NCBI GenBank assembly: GCA_964552195.1
Contig: CAZKFM010000001.1
Coordinates: forward strand, 258,796-322,795
From: an uncultured Flavobacteriaceae bacterium
GTDB lineage: Bacteria; Bacteroidota; Bacteroidia; Flavobacteriales; Flavobacteriaceae
Reading direction: 5' to 3'
DNA length: 64,000 bases
The number at the start of each line of letters is the position of its first letter. The first letter of the stretch is position 1. Of this stretch, positions 1 to 9,888 are shown piece by piece. The translations under genes were made by a program, and so were the position numbers. Under the pieces are notes generated by a model, which was given only the letters and a program-made list of their open reading frames with translations, did not search any database and was not told the DNA's origin.

Positions 1-29
1 CGGGATCATTTCACCCTGCTGGCCTAGGC

Positions 30-1715
30 CTAGTCTTCCCTGCCTGGAACGGAAAGCGTCCTTCGTTCTGGTTCTTCCGGAGGCTGCTCTCCGGTCGGGT
101 CGAGTATAAACGTCTCATTTTGCTCCCAATTGGCCCGAAGTTCGATATAGCCTGGGTAGTATTTGACCATTTCAGGTTGGATTCCCTTCAGGAAATCTCC
201 CGGGTCCCACTCCTGGTTTCCATTGGTGTCATAGACGATTCGCACTCCGTACTGCCCGGGTGGCATGTTGGGAAAGTCGAAGCGGGTCTCACCGGTGGAG
301 TATCTTGTCAAAATGGGTCTATCCTCTTTGTTAGTCAGTTCCAGTATAAGCGGAAACTCGGGCGAGCCTTCCAGATTGAGCATCAGGTTCCCCACTTCGG
401 CAAATCCCGGGGTTTTTATGGAGAATTGCAGGGTGTCGTTCACCGCACTGAAGAAATCCGTTATGGCTCCAGGCAGTGCGGCAATGCGGTAAGAGGTCGC
501 TGGGGCTCTTTCGAAATCAAAATCCACCCGGTTTTTCATCGAGTCCAGAGTGATTTGAGCTTGAATCGGAATACTGTCACTTTGCAATACCAGGAATTTG
601 GAAACATCCAGGCTGTCGATCGGGGTGTTGGCCGTAATTCGGAAGTTGTCGTAATAGGGGAGTGCGGAGGGGTAGTTGGGGGCTAATTGCAAGCTGTCAT
701 TGGGAACATCCCGTCTTCGCACTACAAAGGTGTCTATCTGCTGAATGCCAGGATTCCTGACCAGGAACTGAATGGTGTCCCAATCGAAGGTGGTCATGTA
801 GAAACGGAGGCTGTCGGCTTCCGCCTCAGGCATTATTCGGGTCCTGACACTGTCGGGTAGTGCCGGGCTGGGTTCTACGATCAATGAATCTACCCTGCCC
901 AGATACCCGAAAAGTACCTGGTTCTGGGATACCAGGGAGGGTGTGTTGGCCCTGTAATCCGGTATCTGCTTCGATAACTTCAGGAAGAGCGGCTCCTTAT
1001 AAGGAACCTCGATAGTATCACTCAGGAAGCCTATGCGGTCCTGCAAGGGATCGAACAGGTTGTTGTCGTTGTCGTCTCGAAGGGCCACTACCCGATACTT
1101 GCCCGCTCGTATGTTCCCTATGCGGAAGGTGGACGTACTGTCGGAGGTGCTGCCGATATAGTTGGGCAACTCCTTGTAAATAATGGAATCGGTATAGGTG
1201 GAATCCACCCGGTACAGCATGATGCTGATCAGCGGATCTACCTTCCGTTTGTAGGCATCGGAAACGATACCTTTTATTTCCAGGGAATCCAGAACTTCTC
1301 CTGTGCTGAAAACGAAGGTGTAAAAGGGAAAGGGGTTACCTTCATTATTGTCCACTATGCTCTGTCCGAAGTTGATGGAGTAGGTTGTATTCTCAGCCAG
1401 CGTGTCCATCAGGGTTATTTCTACCGACCGGGATGCCGTACCCTGGGGTTTGATGATGGGCTTGTACTTTTGGGGAGGAGAAATCACAAGTTGTTTGTCG
1501 ATGTCGTTGAGCTTGACGAATTCGTCGAAGTCCAGCACAATCTCATTACCCTTGAAATTTCGGGTGTAATTGGCAGGATCGGCCTTCAGCAGCACAGGTG
1601 GCTCCTCGTCCACCGGTCCCCCGGTAGGAGTACCCCGACGTGCGCACTGTACCGTCAGGAATACAAGCACTACGCTCCATATGAGAGGAATAATGACCGG
1701 GCACCTTTTTTTCAT
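30..1715 (-). CDS. Ig-like domain lipoprotein (hypothetical)
   Basis: 561 aa ORF with an N-terminal signal/lipobox-like sequence (MKKRCPVIIPLIWSVVLVFLTVQC). The fold looks beta-rich. No catalytic motif recognised. Confidence 0.5.
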   Translation of the reverse strand: MKKRCPVIIPLIWSVVLVFLTVQCARRGTPTGGPVDEEPPVLLKADPANYTRNFKGNEIVLDFDEFVKLNDIDKQLVISPPQKYKPIIKPQGTASRSVEITLMDTLAENTTYSINFGQSIVDNNEGNPFPFYTFVFSTGEVLDSLEIKGIVSDAYKRKVDPLISIMLYRVDSTYTDSIIYKELPNYIGSTSDSTSTFRIGNIRAGKYRVVALRDDNDNNLFDPLQDRIGFLSDTIEVPYKEPLFLKLSKQIPDYRANTPSLVSQNQVLFGYLGRVDSLIVEPSPALPDSVRTRIMPEAEADSLRFYMTTFDWDTIQFLVRNPGIQQIDTFVVRRRDVPNDSLQLAPNYPSALPYYDNFRITANTPIDSLDVSKFLVLQSDSIPIQAQITLDSMKNRVDFDFERAPATSYRIAALPGAITDFFSAVNDTLQFSIKTPGFAEVGNLMLNLEGSPEFPLILELTNKEDRPILTRYSTGETRFDFPNMPPGQYGVRIVYDTNGNQEWDPGDFLKGIQPEMVKYYPGYIELRANWEQNETFILDPTGEQPPEEPERRTLSVPGRED

Positions 1716-1763
1716 GCCGTAAAGTAACGGATTATTGGGCTTTCCTTCGATGGGAATCCCGGC

Positions 1764-2468
1764 CTAACGATCGGAGACTACAGCCATGCATAGCATGTGA
1801 ATCGAACGCGCCCCGGCCTCCTCAAGTAGGCGCGCACAAGTGTGCAGGGTAGCCCCCGTAGTGGTTACATCATCTATGAGCAGCAGGGATTTCCCCCTGA
1901 TGTCCACTTCTGGATTCCATCGGTATTCGGTGAGGCCCTTCTTCCAGCGTTCCGACTTGACTCGTCTGGACTGAGTCTTGGCTTTTTCGCTGCGCAACAG
2001 GGCATAGGGCAGGTAGGCCACGCTCAAGAGGAGTGCCAGCTCGCGGCCGAACCGGCTCAGTTGATTGTATCCTCGTTTTCGCAGAGTAGTCTTGGAAACA
2101 GGCACGGGGACGACCGCTTCCAGTTCGCCTGATAACAGCTCAATGCCCGAAGACTCCCAGGCCCACTGGGCAAAGAAGGTACCCAGTTCGGGGTGGTTGT
2201 GGTATTTAAGCGCATGCAGCAGCTTACGTGCCATTCCACTGTCAGAAAAATGCATCAGGGCCACACATTTTCGCACAACCGGAATATGGCAGTATTCGAT
2301 GTCCAGTGCATTTTCTTCGATGAAGGTTTGACGGGTCAGGGGCAGTTGGTGGCGGCACCGGGTGCATAAATGTACCTCTCCTCCGGATAAAATCGCATTA
2401 CATCCAAAACAGGCCGGGGGTAAAAGGAGGTTGTAGAAGGGGTTTAGTATCTTTGATCGAAGGGTCAA
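1764..2468 (-). CDS. comF: ComF family protein (phosphoribosyltransferase domain)
   Basis: N-terminal C-x2-C...C-x2-C zinc-finger pattern (CFGC...CTRC). C-terminal PRTase signature LLLIDDVTTTGATL. Confidence 0.75.
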   Translation of the reverse strand: MTLRSKILNPFYNLLLPPACFGCNAILSGGEVHLCTRCRHQLPLTRQTFIEENALDIEYCHIPVVRKCVALMHFSDSGMARKLLHALKYHNHPELGTFFAQWAWESSGIELLSGELEAVVPVPVSKTTLRKRGYNQLSRFGRELALLLSVAYLPYALLRSEKAKTQSRRVKSERWKKGLTEYRWNPEVDIRGKSLLLIDDVTTTGATLHTCARLLEEAGARSIHMLCMAVVSDR

Positions 2469-2475
2469 ATGGTGT

Positions 2476-3402
2476 TTGTTTAAGCCAGACAGGCCTGGTA
2501 TTCAGATGAGTGTAACCCAAGACAGACTAAAGTTTCAGATCACGATCGCCGTACTGATGGGGGCGATACTCGCGTTGCTGATCGGCTTCTACTACCGCTA
2601 TTCCACGGACAAGAACCAGATCCGCTACCTGGAGGACGAGAAATCACGAGTGGTTCAGGAACTCGCCAAGATCAAGGCGGATGTGGATCGCTACGCTGGG
2701 CTGAACGAGGTCTATAAGCTTGAGCTTGAGGATTCAAAGGAAGAGGTGTCAAAACTCCTGGATTCGGTTGGCAAATTAAACTTCACCATTGCAGGTTTAA
2801 GGCGGGATCTGAGATATTTTAACCGCTTACGGAAGCGGGTGGACAGCTTGCAGCTGGCCAATCAGGTGCTGATGGACAGGTTAGGCGATGTGGTGGTCGA
2901 TTTCAAGGAACTCGAGCAGGAAAACAATACATACCGCAGACGTCTTGGCCTGGACAGCCGCTCGGGCAGACTGGGCAATATTCCCCTGGAATTGGGAATA
3001 ACCGAGGGTGAGCTTACCGCGCTCGACTTTTCGGGAGCAGAAATCTCCGCCTACAAATTGAATCTGGGCAGGCCCGTTTCCACCGATCGGGCGTCAGATA
3101 CCCGTAAGCTCAGGGCCTGCGTGAGCATCAGCGAAAATTCCCGGGTGCGTAACCGAATCCAACGATCCCTGTTCATTCAGTTCATGGCTCCGGACTCGAC
3201 GGTTATCATCGAGGACGGCAGGGGAATCCAGATGGGAACGCATACCTTTAGCCGAAAAGTGGACATCACCTATACCGGTGACAAGATCGATGTATGCGAC
3301 GCCATTGACATACCGGAAGCTACCCTGGCCGAGGGAACCTATACCCTTCACATATACGAAAACGGCCTGCGCCGGGTAAGCACCGAAATCCAGCTTAAAT
3401 AG
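2476..3402 (+). CDS. hypothetical membrane-anchored coiled-coil protein
   Basis: One N-terminal TM helix (ITIAVLMGAILALLIGFYY), then heptad-like charged repeats (KIKADVDRYAGLNEVYKLELEDSKEEVSKLLDSV). An internal ATG at 2506 could be the real start. Confidence 0.45.
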   Translation: MFKPDRPGIQMSVTQDRLKFQITIAVLMGAILALLIGFYYRYSTDKNQIRYLEDEKSRVVQELAKIKADVDRYAGLNEVYKLELEDSKEEVSKLLDSVGKLNFTIAGLRRDLRYFNRLRKRVDSLQLANQVLMDRLGDVVVDFKELEQENNTYRRRLGLDSRSGRLGNIPLELGITEGELTALDFSGAEISAYKLNLGRPVSTDRASDTRKLRACVSISENSRVRNRIQRSLFIQFMAPDSTVIIEDGRGIQMGTHTFSRKVDITYTGDKIDVCDAIDIPEATLAEGTYTLHIYENGLRRVSTEIQLK

Positions 3403-3437
3403 GGGGCAGTTAGGGGCATTAATTCTATTTTTGCCCC

Positions 3438-5012
3438 ATGAAAAATTCCGAAGACACCTTCAAAAAGGTAATCTCTCATGCCAAGGAGTACGGCTTCATC
3501 TTTCAGTCCAGCGAGATCTACGACGGATTGAGTGCCGTGTACGATTACGGGCAGATGGGAGCCCTGCTCAAAAACAACATACGGGAGTATTGGTGGAAGG
3601 CCATGGTACAGCTGAACGAAGAGATCGTCGGCATAGACGCGGCGATTTTCATGCACCCCACCACCTGGAAGGCTTCCGGCCATGTGGATGCCTTCAACGA
3701 CCCCCTTATCGATAACAAGGATTCCAAAAAAAGGTACCGGGCCGATGTGCTGGTAGAAGACTATGTGGCCAAGATCGAAGGCAAGATCGAAAAGGAGATT
3801 GGTAAGGCTGCCAAACGCTTCGGTGATGACTTCGACCGCGGGCAATTCCTCAGTACAAACAAACGCGTACTGGAATACAGGGAAAGAGCCGAGGGCATAC
3901 TCAAGCGACTCGGGCAATCTCTGGAGAAGGGTGACCTGGAAGATGTAGGCGATCTGATCGAAGAACTGGAGATCGTCTGTCCCGTTTCCGGATCCCGAAA
4001 CTGGACCGATGTCAAACAGTTTAACCTGATGTTCGGAACCCGGCTGGGAGCTACTGCGGATACGGCCATGGACCTGTATCTAAGGCCAGAGACGGCTCAG
4101 GGAATATTCGTCAATTTCCTGAACGTCCAGAAGACCGGTCGCATGAAAATACCGTTCGGTATAGCTCAGACCGGTAAGGCGTTCAGAAATGAGATTGTGG
4201 CGCGACAATTCATTTTTCGCATGCGGGAATTCGAGCAGATGGAGATGCAGTATTTCGTTAAACCTGGGAGTCAGAAGCAGTGGTACGATAAGTGGAAAGA
4301 GCAGCGCCTTCGCTGGCATCTCTCGCTGGGAATGGGCGAGGAGAATTACCGGTTTCACGATCACGAAAACCTCGCTCATTACGCCGATGCCGCTGCGGAT
4401 ATCGAGTTCCGGTTCCCATTCGGATTTAAAGAACTCGAGGGGATCCATTCGCGTACCGATTTCGACCTGAGCAGCCATGAGGAATATTCCGGAAAGAAGC
4501 TGCAGTATTTCGATCCCGAGGAGAACGAAAGCTATGTGCCCTACGTGGTGGAGACCTCTATTGGCCTGGATCGAATGTTCCTGGCGATTTTCTCCAATTC
4601 CCTGCAGGAGGAAGAACTCGATAATAACACGAGCCGTGTGGTACTGAGATTACCCTCTGTACTTGCGCCTTACAAGGCTGCTGTGCTCCCTCTGCTCAAG
4701 AAGGACGGACTGCCCGAGATAAGCCGGGAGATCGTCGAAAGCCTGAGGTGGGAATTCCCCGTGCTCTACGACGACAAGGACACCGTGGGCCGTCGCTACC
4801 GCCGTATGGATGCCATCGGCACCCCGTATTGTGTAACCGTCGACCACCAGACCCTGGAGGACCGTACCGTTACCCTGAGGGAACGGGATAGCATGGAACA
4901 AGTGCGTATTCCAATAGACGAGATATCCAAGAGGCTACAGGAATCGGTTTCTCTTAAGAGCTGGCTGGGCAGGATGAAGGAAGTTAGTCATCCCGAATTA
5001 GCGAATGGATAG
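3438..5012 (+). CDS. glyQS: glycine--tRNA ligase (class II, alpha2 type)
   Basis: 524 aa. N-terminus FQSSEIYDGLSAVYDYGQMGALLKNNIREYWW and class-II motifs are typical of GlyRS. Confidence 0.9.
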   Translation: MKNSEDTFKKVISHAKEYGFIFQSSEIYDGLSAVYDYGQMGALLKNNIREYWWKAMVQLNEEIVGIDAAIFMHPTTWKASGHVDAFNDPLIDNKDSKKRYRADVLVEDYVAKIEGKIEKEIGKAAKRFGDDFDRGQFLSTNKRVLEYRERAEGILKRLGQSLEKGDLEDVGDLIEELEIVCPVSGSRNWTDVKQFNLMFGTRLGATADTAMDLYLRPETAQGIFVNFLNVQKTGRMKIPFGIAQTGKAFRNEIVARQFIFRMREFEQMEMQYFVKPGSQKQWYDKWKEQRLRWHLSLGMGEENYRFHDHENLAHYADAAADIEFRFPFGFKELEGIHSRTDFDLSSHEEYSGKKLQYFDPEENESYVPYVVETSIGLDRMFLAIFSNSLQEEELDNNTSRVVLRLPSVLAPYKAAVLPLLKKDGLPEISREIVESLRWEFPVLYDDKDTVGRRYRRMDAIGTPYCVTVDHQTLEDRTVTLRERDSMEQVRIPIDEISKRLQESVSLKSWLGRMKEVSHPELANG

Positions 5013-5726
5013 TCAGCTCTGGTCCTTACGAATAAGCCCCAGGATCTGGTCGATTCCCTGAATGGCACGCTTTACATTCACGTTACCGGAACCGTAGTTG
5101 TCTCGATTTAGTATCAGGATTCGAACGGCATTGGTTTTTTCAAAAAACTCGTCCTGGTCCTTCAGGTATAAGTGCTTCTTGAATCTAAAATCAGCGACAT
5201 GCTCGTACATGAGCGGTAACCACTCCGCATTAAAGGAGTATTCTATGTCCTCCAGACCCTCGATAAGCAGGTCCGCCTCGTCGTCGTAGTACTCGCCCAG
5301 CAGCCGTCTGAGCTTTTTGTCTTTCAGGTTTTCGAGTCCCCGGGATTTCAGGGCCTCATAGGAATTGGTAATCGGCCTGAAGCGTTCGAACTTGACCACA
5401 TCTCCCAGCCAGAGGGGAACGCTGTCCGGATTGGAAAGCCTCATGTCCCGATTGCTCAACTTTTCGGAAGAAGTCACCGCCCTGTCAAAACTCTCCGAAA
5501 TGGCCAGAAGCGAGGCCCTATCCTCACTGAGGTTTTCCTGGATCTGCTGGAGGATTTCCCTCTCGAAGGCTCGGTTTTTTCGATTTTCATTAAGATTGTT
5601 GAGCTGAAGCGCGATCAGGATTCCGATTACCACCAGGATGATTTCGCCTATGGCGTAGGCCGCGTATTCGCGGGCTTTACCGGATTCTATCAGCCGCTTT
5701 CGGATAAGACGAAGAAAGTGGAGCAT
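5013..5726 (-). CDS. DUF6090-like membrane protein
   Basis: N-terminal motif YAIGEIILVVIGILIALQLNNLNE is typical of a Flavobacteriia paralog family. Single TM helix plus a soluble domain. Confidence 0.5.
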   Translation of the reverse strand: MLHFLRLIRKRLIESGKAREYAAYAIGEIILVVIGILIALQLNNLNENRKNRAFEREILQQIQENLSEDRASLLAISESFDRAVTSSEKLSNRDMRLSNPDSVPLWLGDVVKFERFRPITNSYEALKSRGLENLKDKKLRRLLGEYYDDEADLLIEGLEDIEYSFNAEWLPLMYEHVADFRFKKHLYLKDQDEFFEKTNAVRILILNRDNYGSGNVNVKRAIQGIDQILGLIRKDQS

Positions 5727-5742
5727 AAAAGGTTTTTTAGGA

Positions 5743-7110
5743 TTAATCCAGTATCAGGATCTCGTAGGGCTCTAGTACCAGGCTCGCCTCAATGGTGCGT
5801 TCACCCGCGTTGAGGACATCGGTCCATATTCCCTGCAGGCCGACGGGTATATTAAGGGTTTCCTGCCGGTTGCGAATGTTGGCGATGAGCAGGACCCGAT
5901 CTCCATCCTTTTCTTTTTCTAGGCAAACCACATCGGCATCGCGATACAGTGCGTTCTCACCTGTACGTGCTACCTCCGGAGCATTGTAAAAGGTCAGCAT
6001 ATCCTGATAATCCTGTTTCATGTCTTGATTGGCGTCCCAATCGATCACCGAATTTGAAAAGAAGGGTATGTTAGTTGATGCACCCACTTCTTGGCTCCCA
6101 TAAATGAGGGGAGCCCCTCCGGTAAAGATGGCAATTCCCGATGCCGTGGTTGCTCCGGCCGTACCACCGAAGAAGGAGACCGGAGTGGCATCCCATGCGG
6201 ACTCATCGTGATTGGTAGTGAAGCGGATCCAGTTCTTGCCCTGAGGGATGCCCGTATACTCTCTATCATGTGCGGCATACAATTCTTCCACGGACTGTCC
6301 TGCAAAACTTCGCTTCAGGGCATCGTAAAAATCCCAACCAAAGGCCAGATCGAAACCGGAGCTAAAGTGATCATTTCGGGCTCCTTCGGCAAAAAGTATG
6401 AAATCGCGGCCTTCAATGGATCGGATCTCCGAAGCCACATTGCTCCAGAAATCTGCGGGGACTCCATCGGCATAATCGCAGCGAAAACCGTCCACATTGG
6501 CGGTATACAGCCAGTAGAGCATGGCATCCAGCATGGCTTCGCGCATGTCCTGATTACCGTAATTGAGATCCGCCACGTCCAGCCAGTTGGTGCCGGGGGG
6601 ATGAACAATATTTCCATTGGAGTCGGTGGTATACCAGCCCTCGTTCTCTATCCAGTCTGTGTCCCAGGCGGTGTGATTCGCCACCCAGTCCATGATCACC
6701 GCCATGCCTCGGGCATGGGCCTCGTCGGTTAGCCTTCTGAGGTCTGAAAGCGTGCCGAATTCCGGGTTTACGGCCTTAAAATCCCTCACACAGTAGGGCG
6801 AATTCACCGTCTTTTCTAACCCTATGGGATGTATCGGCATTAACCATATAACGTTTACACCCAGTGCTCTGATCTCATCCAGCCTGTCAATTACGCCCTG
6901 AAGGTCCCCCCCTGGGCTGAACGCCCTGAGGTTCACTTCGTACATGACTACATCCTCGGGGTCTGGGACTCCGTTAAAGGGGGTGCCGCATTGGGCATAG
7001 GTAGTCTGCTCCGTTTTGACTTCTCCCGTGCTGTCAGTGGTGTCCTGACAAGATAGAATAAGGAGCAGCAGCAAGCCGGACAGGGCATGGATGTATCCTT
7101 TGTGAATCAT
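5743..7110 (-). CDS. alpha-amylase family glycoside hydrolase (GH13) lipoprotein
   Basis: GH13 conserved regions: VNVIWLMPIHP, GMAVIMDWVANHTAWD, DGFRCDYADGVP, FTTNHDESAW. Lipoprotein signal LLLLLILSCQ. Confidence 0.8.
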   Translation of the reverse strand: MIHKGYIHALSGLLLLLILSCQDTTDSTGEVKTEQTTYAQCGTPFNGVPDPEDVVMYEVNLRAFSPGGDLQGVIDRLDEIRALGVNVIWLMPIHPIGLEKTVNSPYCVRDFKAVNPEFGTLSDLRRLTDEAHARGMAVIMDWVANHTAWDTDWIENEGWYTTDSNGNIVHPPGTNWLDVADLNYGNQDMREAMLDAMLYWLYTANVDGFRCDYADGVPADFWSNVASEIRSIEGRDFILFAEGARNDHFSSGFDLAFGWDFYDALKRSFAGQSVEELYAAHDREYTGIPQGKNWIRFTTNHDESAWDATPVSFFGGTAGATTASGIAIFTGGAPLIYGSQEVGASTNIPFFSNSVIDWDANQDMKQDYQDMLTFYNAPEVARTGENALYRDADVVCLEKEKDGDRVLLIANIRNRQETLNIPVGLQGIWTDVLNAGERTIEASLVLEPYEILILD

Positions 7111-7154
7111 CTTTTCAAGGGATTTTATTCATTCTCAAATTAGGTAAATTACCC

Positions 7155-9230
7155 TTACCAACGGATACCCGCGGTCAGTGAGCCCCAAAAGTTCAGGGGT
7201 TCTCCCGGGTAAAAGTAGCGCGGAGCACTTCCTCCGAATCCAACCGCATTGACGACGAAGGACCGGGCATAGGTTACATCGAACAGGTTATTTGCGCCTA
7301 AATCAATCCCGAATGTCCAACCGTTGGGCAGTGTCCTCCGGTAGGCGAAACGAATCCGGTCCAAATGGTAGGCCTCCGTATAATCGGTATTGGCATCGTT
7401 AAGGGCAATCGGGTCATTGTATTCGTGGGTCCAGGTGAGGCTGTAGCCGTTTGGATGTTCCCAGCGGATGGCTCCGTTCAGATAGTGTTTGGGCACACCG
7501 GGCAGGGTATTGGTACTGTAGTCGATTTCCCCATCGACGAAATCCCGAAATCTAAAATCGCTGAAGGTATAAGATACGCGTGGGTACCACTGCGAACTGC
7601 CGGTCTTGCCAAGCTGACCACTCAGGCTGGCTTCCAGTCCCCGGTGTCGTGTCTCCCCGGCATTGATGCCAATGAACTGATCTTCGTTGAAGCGACGTGC
7701 CACCAGCAAATCCCGAACATCCATCTGGAAAACGTTTAAGCTGAATTGCCATTGCTTCAGGCTTCGCTGGTAACCCAACTCGTAGCTCAGTCCTTTTTCC
7801 TGTTGTATGTCGGGATTAAGTACCCCCTCCGGTGTCAGTGCCTCCTCGAGGCCCGGATTGGAAAATCCCTGACCCACCCGGACATAGGCGAGACCCCGAT
7901 CCCACTGCTTGAGAACTTCCAATTTGGGAAGCAGCACAGGGTTGAAGTCCCTTCGGATAGTCCCGTCCGTGGCATTTTCGCCTGAGAAATTCCGGAACTG
8001 ATACCGACTGAGATTGGCTGTGAGTCCCCCCGAAACCATCCAGCCCGCTACCAGATTCCACTGGAGGCGGGCAAAACCGAAATGCACATTTCTGTATTCG
8101 CGGTTCCTGCTGAGGAGTTCCCCCTGCAGGCTTCCTTCTACGCCCGAAGGATCTTCAAGGGTCTCGAAGGTATTCCAGCGATACAGGTCGTTGTAGGACT
8201 CCAAGCCCACGGAGTATTCCCAATCTTCTGATTTGCGGCTGAGTTCAAGACGCGCCCCGTACGACTGGGTAATATCGGTGAGCGTATTGAAGGGGCGCAC
8301 TTCGTAATGATCTAGATAGGAGTAAAATAACGCGCTCTTCAGCAGGTAATACCCTCCCAGGTACCACTTGTGATAAATTCCGGCCAGCAGGTATTGATTC
8401 TGTTCAAATCCCCGTACGGCCAGCCAGTTCGCTGCGGCCTGTTCCGGATTTTGAAGGAAATCCTGCTGATTCAGTGAACTGGGTATCTGTGCAAAGTAGT
8501 CGATGTAGTTGACCAGGAAGCCCAGGCGTGAACGCTCCCCGGTCAGGTGTTCTCCCTGTGCAAAGAGCCCGGTTCGATCGAATTGACTGTTTTCCCTGTA
8601 ACCCAGGGACTGGAGGCTGTTGAAACTCAGGGCCAGCTGACTGCGATCGTCCAGGTAACGGTAGCGGCTGTGGTTCTTGAACAGGCTATAGGATCCCAGG
8701 GTGGTTTTCGATGTAAACTGCCTGCCTGGTTCCGTAACGGGCATGCTCTCCAAGAGCAGCACGCCTCCAAGGGGACTCCCGAAACGGTTGCCGTAAGGGC
8801 CCTTGATCACCTCTATACTGGCGAGATTATCGAGGTCGAAGGCTTCGATCACGGAAACGCCGGTGCCATTGGTAACTGGGATACCGTTGTAGTACATTCT
8901 GAGTTTATCCGTACCAAAAGGGGTCCGGGCTCCGATTCCCCGTATGCTGATCCGGTTGGTGTTGTAAGCCCCGCTTTGAAGGAAAAGCCCGGGTACCGTA
9001 TTGAGTACCCCGGAGTAGTCTACGGGCGAAAATTCTGCTATGGCCTGCGCACTCGCCACTTCCGTCGGGGTTATGCCCCCATATGAAGTCCTGGGACGTC
9101 TTTCCAGAATAACCACTTCCGCTAGCTGTATGCTGTCCGGAGGGGTTGTGGTCTGAGCCGAAGCCGGAAGCAGCCAAAACAGCCCGAGGAGCAGGGGTAT
9201 TCGTATCTGCAAACTTGGGGTGCGCGGCAT
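7155..9230 (-). CDS. TonB-dependent receptor
   Basis: Signal peptide, plug-domain motifs (ISIRGIGAR, YYNGIPVTNG), a long beta-barrel region, and a C-terminal aromatic residue (W). Confidence 0.8.
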   Translation of the reverse strand: MPRTPSLQIRIPLLLGLFWLLPASAQTTTPPDSIQLAEVVILERRPRTSYGGITPTEVASAQAIAEFSPVDYSGVLNTVPGLFLQSGAYNTNRISIRGIGARTPFGTDKLRMYYNGIPVTNGTGVSVIEAFDLDNLASIEVIKGPYGNRFGSPLGGVLLLESMPVTEPGRQFTSKTTLGSYSLFKNHSRYRYLDDRSQLALSFNSLQSLGYRENSQFDRTGLFAQGEHLTGERSRLGFLVNYIDYFAQIPSSLNQQDFLQNPEQAAANWLAVRGFEQNQYLLAGIYHKWYLGGYYLLKSALFYSYLDHYEVRPFNTLTDITQSYGARLELSRKSEDWEYSVGLESYNDLYRWNTFETLEDPSGVEGSLQGELLSRNREYRNVHFGFARLQWNLVAGWMVSGGLTANLSRYQFRNFSGENATDGTIRRDFNPVLLPKLEVLKQWDRGLAYVRVGQGFSNPGLEEALTPEGVLNPDIQQEKGLSYELGYQRSLKQWQFSLNVFQMDVRDLLVARRFNEDQFIGINAGETRHRGLEASLSGQLGKTGSSQWYPRVSYTFSDFRFRDFVDGEIDYSTNTLPGVPKHYLNGAIRWEHPNGYSLTWTHEYNDPIALNDANTDYTEAYHLDRIRFAYRRTLPNGWTFGIDLGANNLFDVTYARSFVVNAVGFGGSAPRYFYPGEPLNFWGSLTAGIRW

Positions 9231-9232
9231 TT

Positions 9233-9766
9233 TCAGAACCGATAGCCGAGAGAAAGACCCACTCGGAACATGAAGGTGTCCTGATTCCGTTTTGGGTTGA
9301 GGTTTCGTCCTACGCCTCCGAATCCTTCAATGACAAAGCGTCCGCTGGGATTCACGTATTTAACCCCTCCGCTTCCACCGAGTGCAAACGAGGTGTACTT
9401 CTGGTCTACCGTTGGTATTTCCTCATCTTCTCCGGTGTAGTAGAGGCCGAATACCTCGACAAAGGGGCCATTCCTGCGCTGACCGAAGTAAGCTCTTCCC
9501 AGTCCCCCGATTCCGAATCCGCCGTTAAAATCGGTTTTATCATTGTCAAAATACCCGGTGAGACCTATACTCATATCGCGGGAAATGTAGTACTCATAGG
9601 CGGCTTCTACAGTTCCGGTAGCTAGGAACAGACCCATATTGAATCGGAGTTCCTGTCCGCTGTCGCCGGGTCCGTACTGGGCATGCAGCTCAGTCATGCT
9701 GCCAGAGAGCAGGCAAAACAGGCCTAGGGTCAGAATTCCGCGAATCAGCTTGGGAAATTTCATCAT
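9233..9766 (-). CDS. small outer-membrane beta-barrel protein
   Basis: Signal peptide MMKFPKLIRGILTLGLFCLLSGS. Alternating hydrophobic beta-strand pattern, ends in F. Lies 2 bp upstream of the TonB-dependent receptor. Start taken at the second ATG. Confidence 0.5.
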   Translation of the reverse strand: MMKFPKLIRGILTLGLFCLLSGSMTELHAQYGPGDSGQELRFNMGLFLATGTVEAAYEYYISRDMSIGLTGYFDNDKTDFNGGFGIGGLGRAYFGQRRNGPFVEVFGLYYTGEDEEIPTVDQKYTSFALGGSGGVKYVNPSGRFVIEGFGGVGRNLNPKRNQDTFMFRVGLSLGYRF

Positions 9767-9888
9767 CGACTTTTTTGGGTTGTCCGATCGCAGATCTTTC
9801 CAAATGGGGTCTGCGATCAATCAATTTCAAAAGTAACCAATACTGCCTACAGAATTTTCCTTATGGGTATTTTTGCCAAAAAATTGAG

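Noticed and set aside
120-686. 188-aa plus-strand ORF at the window start
   Set aside because: Fully embedded in, and antisense to, the 561-aa Ig-like lipoprotein gene. No motif.
3761-4478. Minus-strand ORFs of 102 and 132 aa within glyQS
   Set aside because: Shadow ORFs inside a conserved aminoacyl-tRNA synthetase gene.
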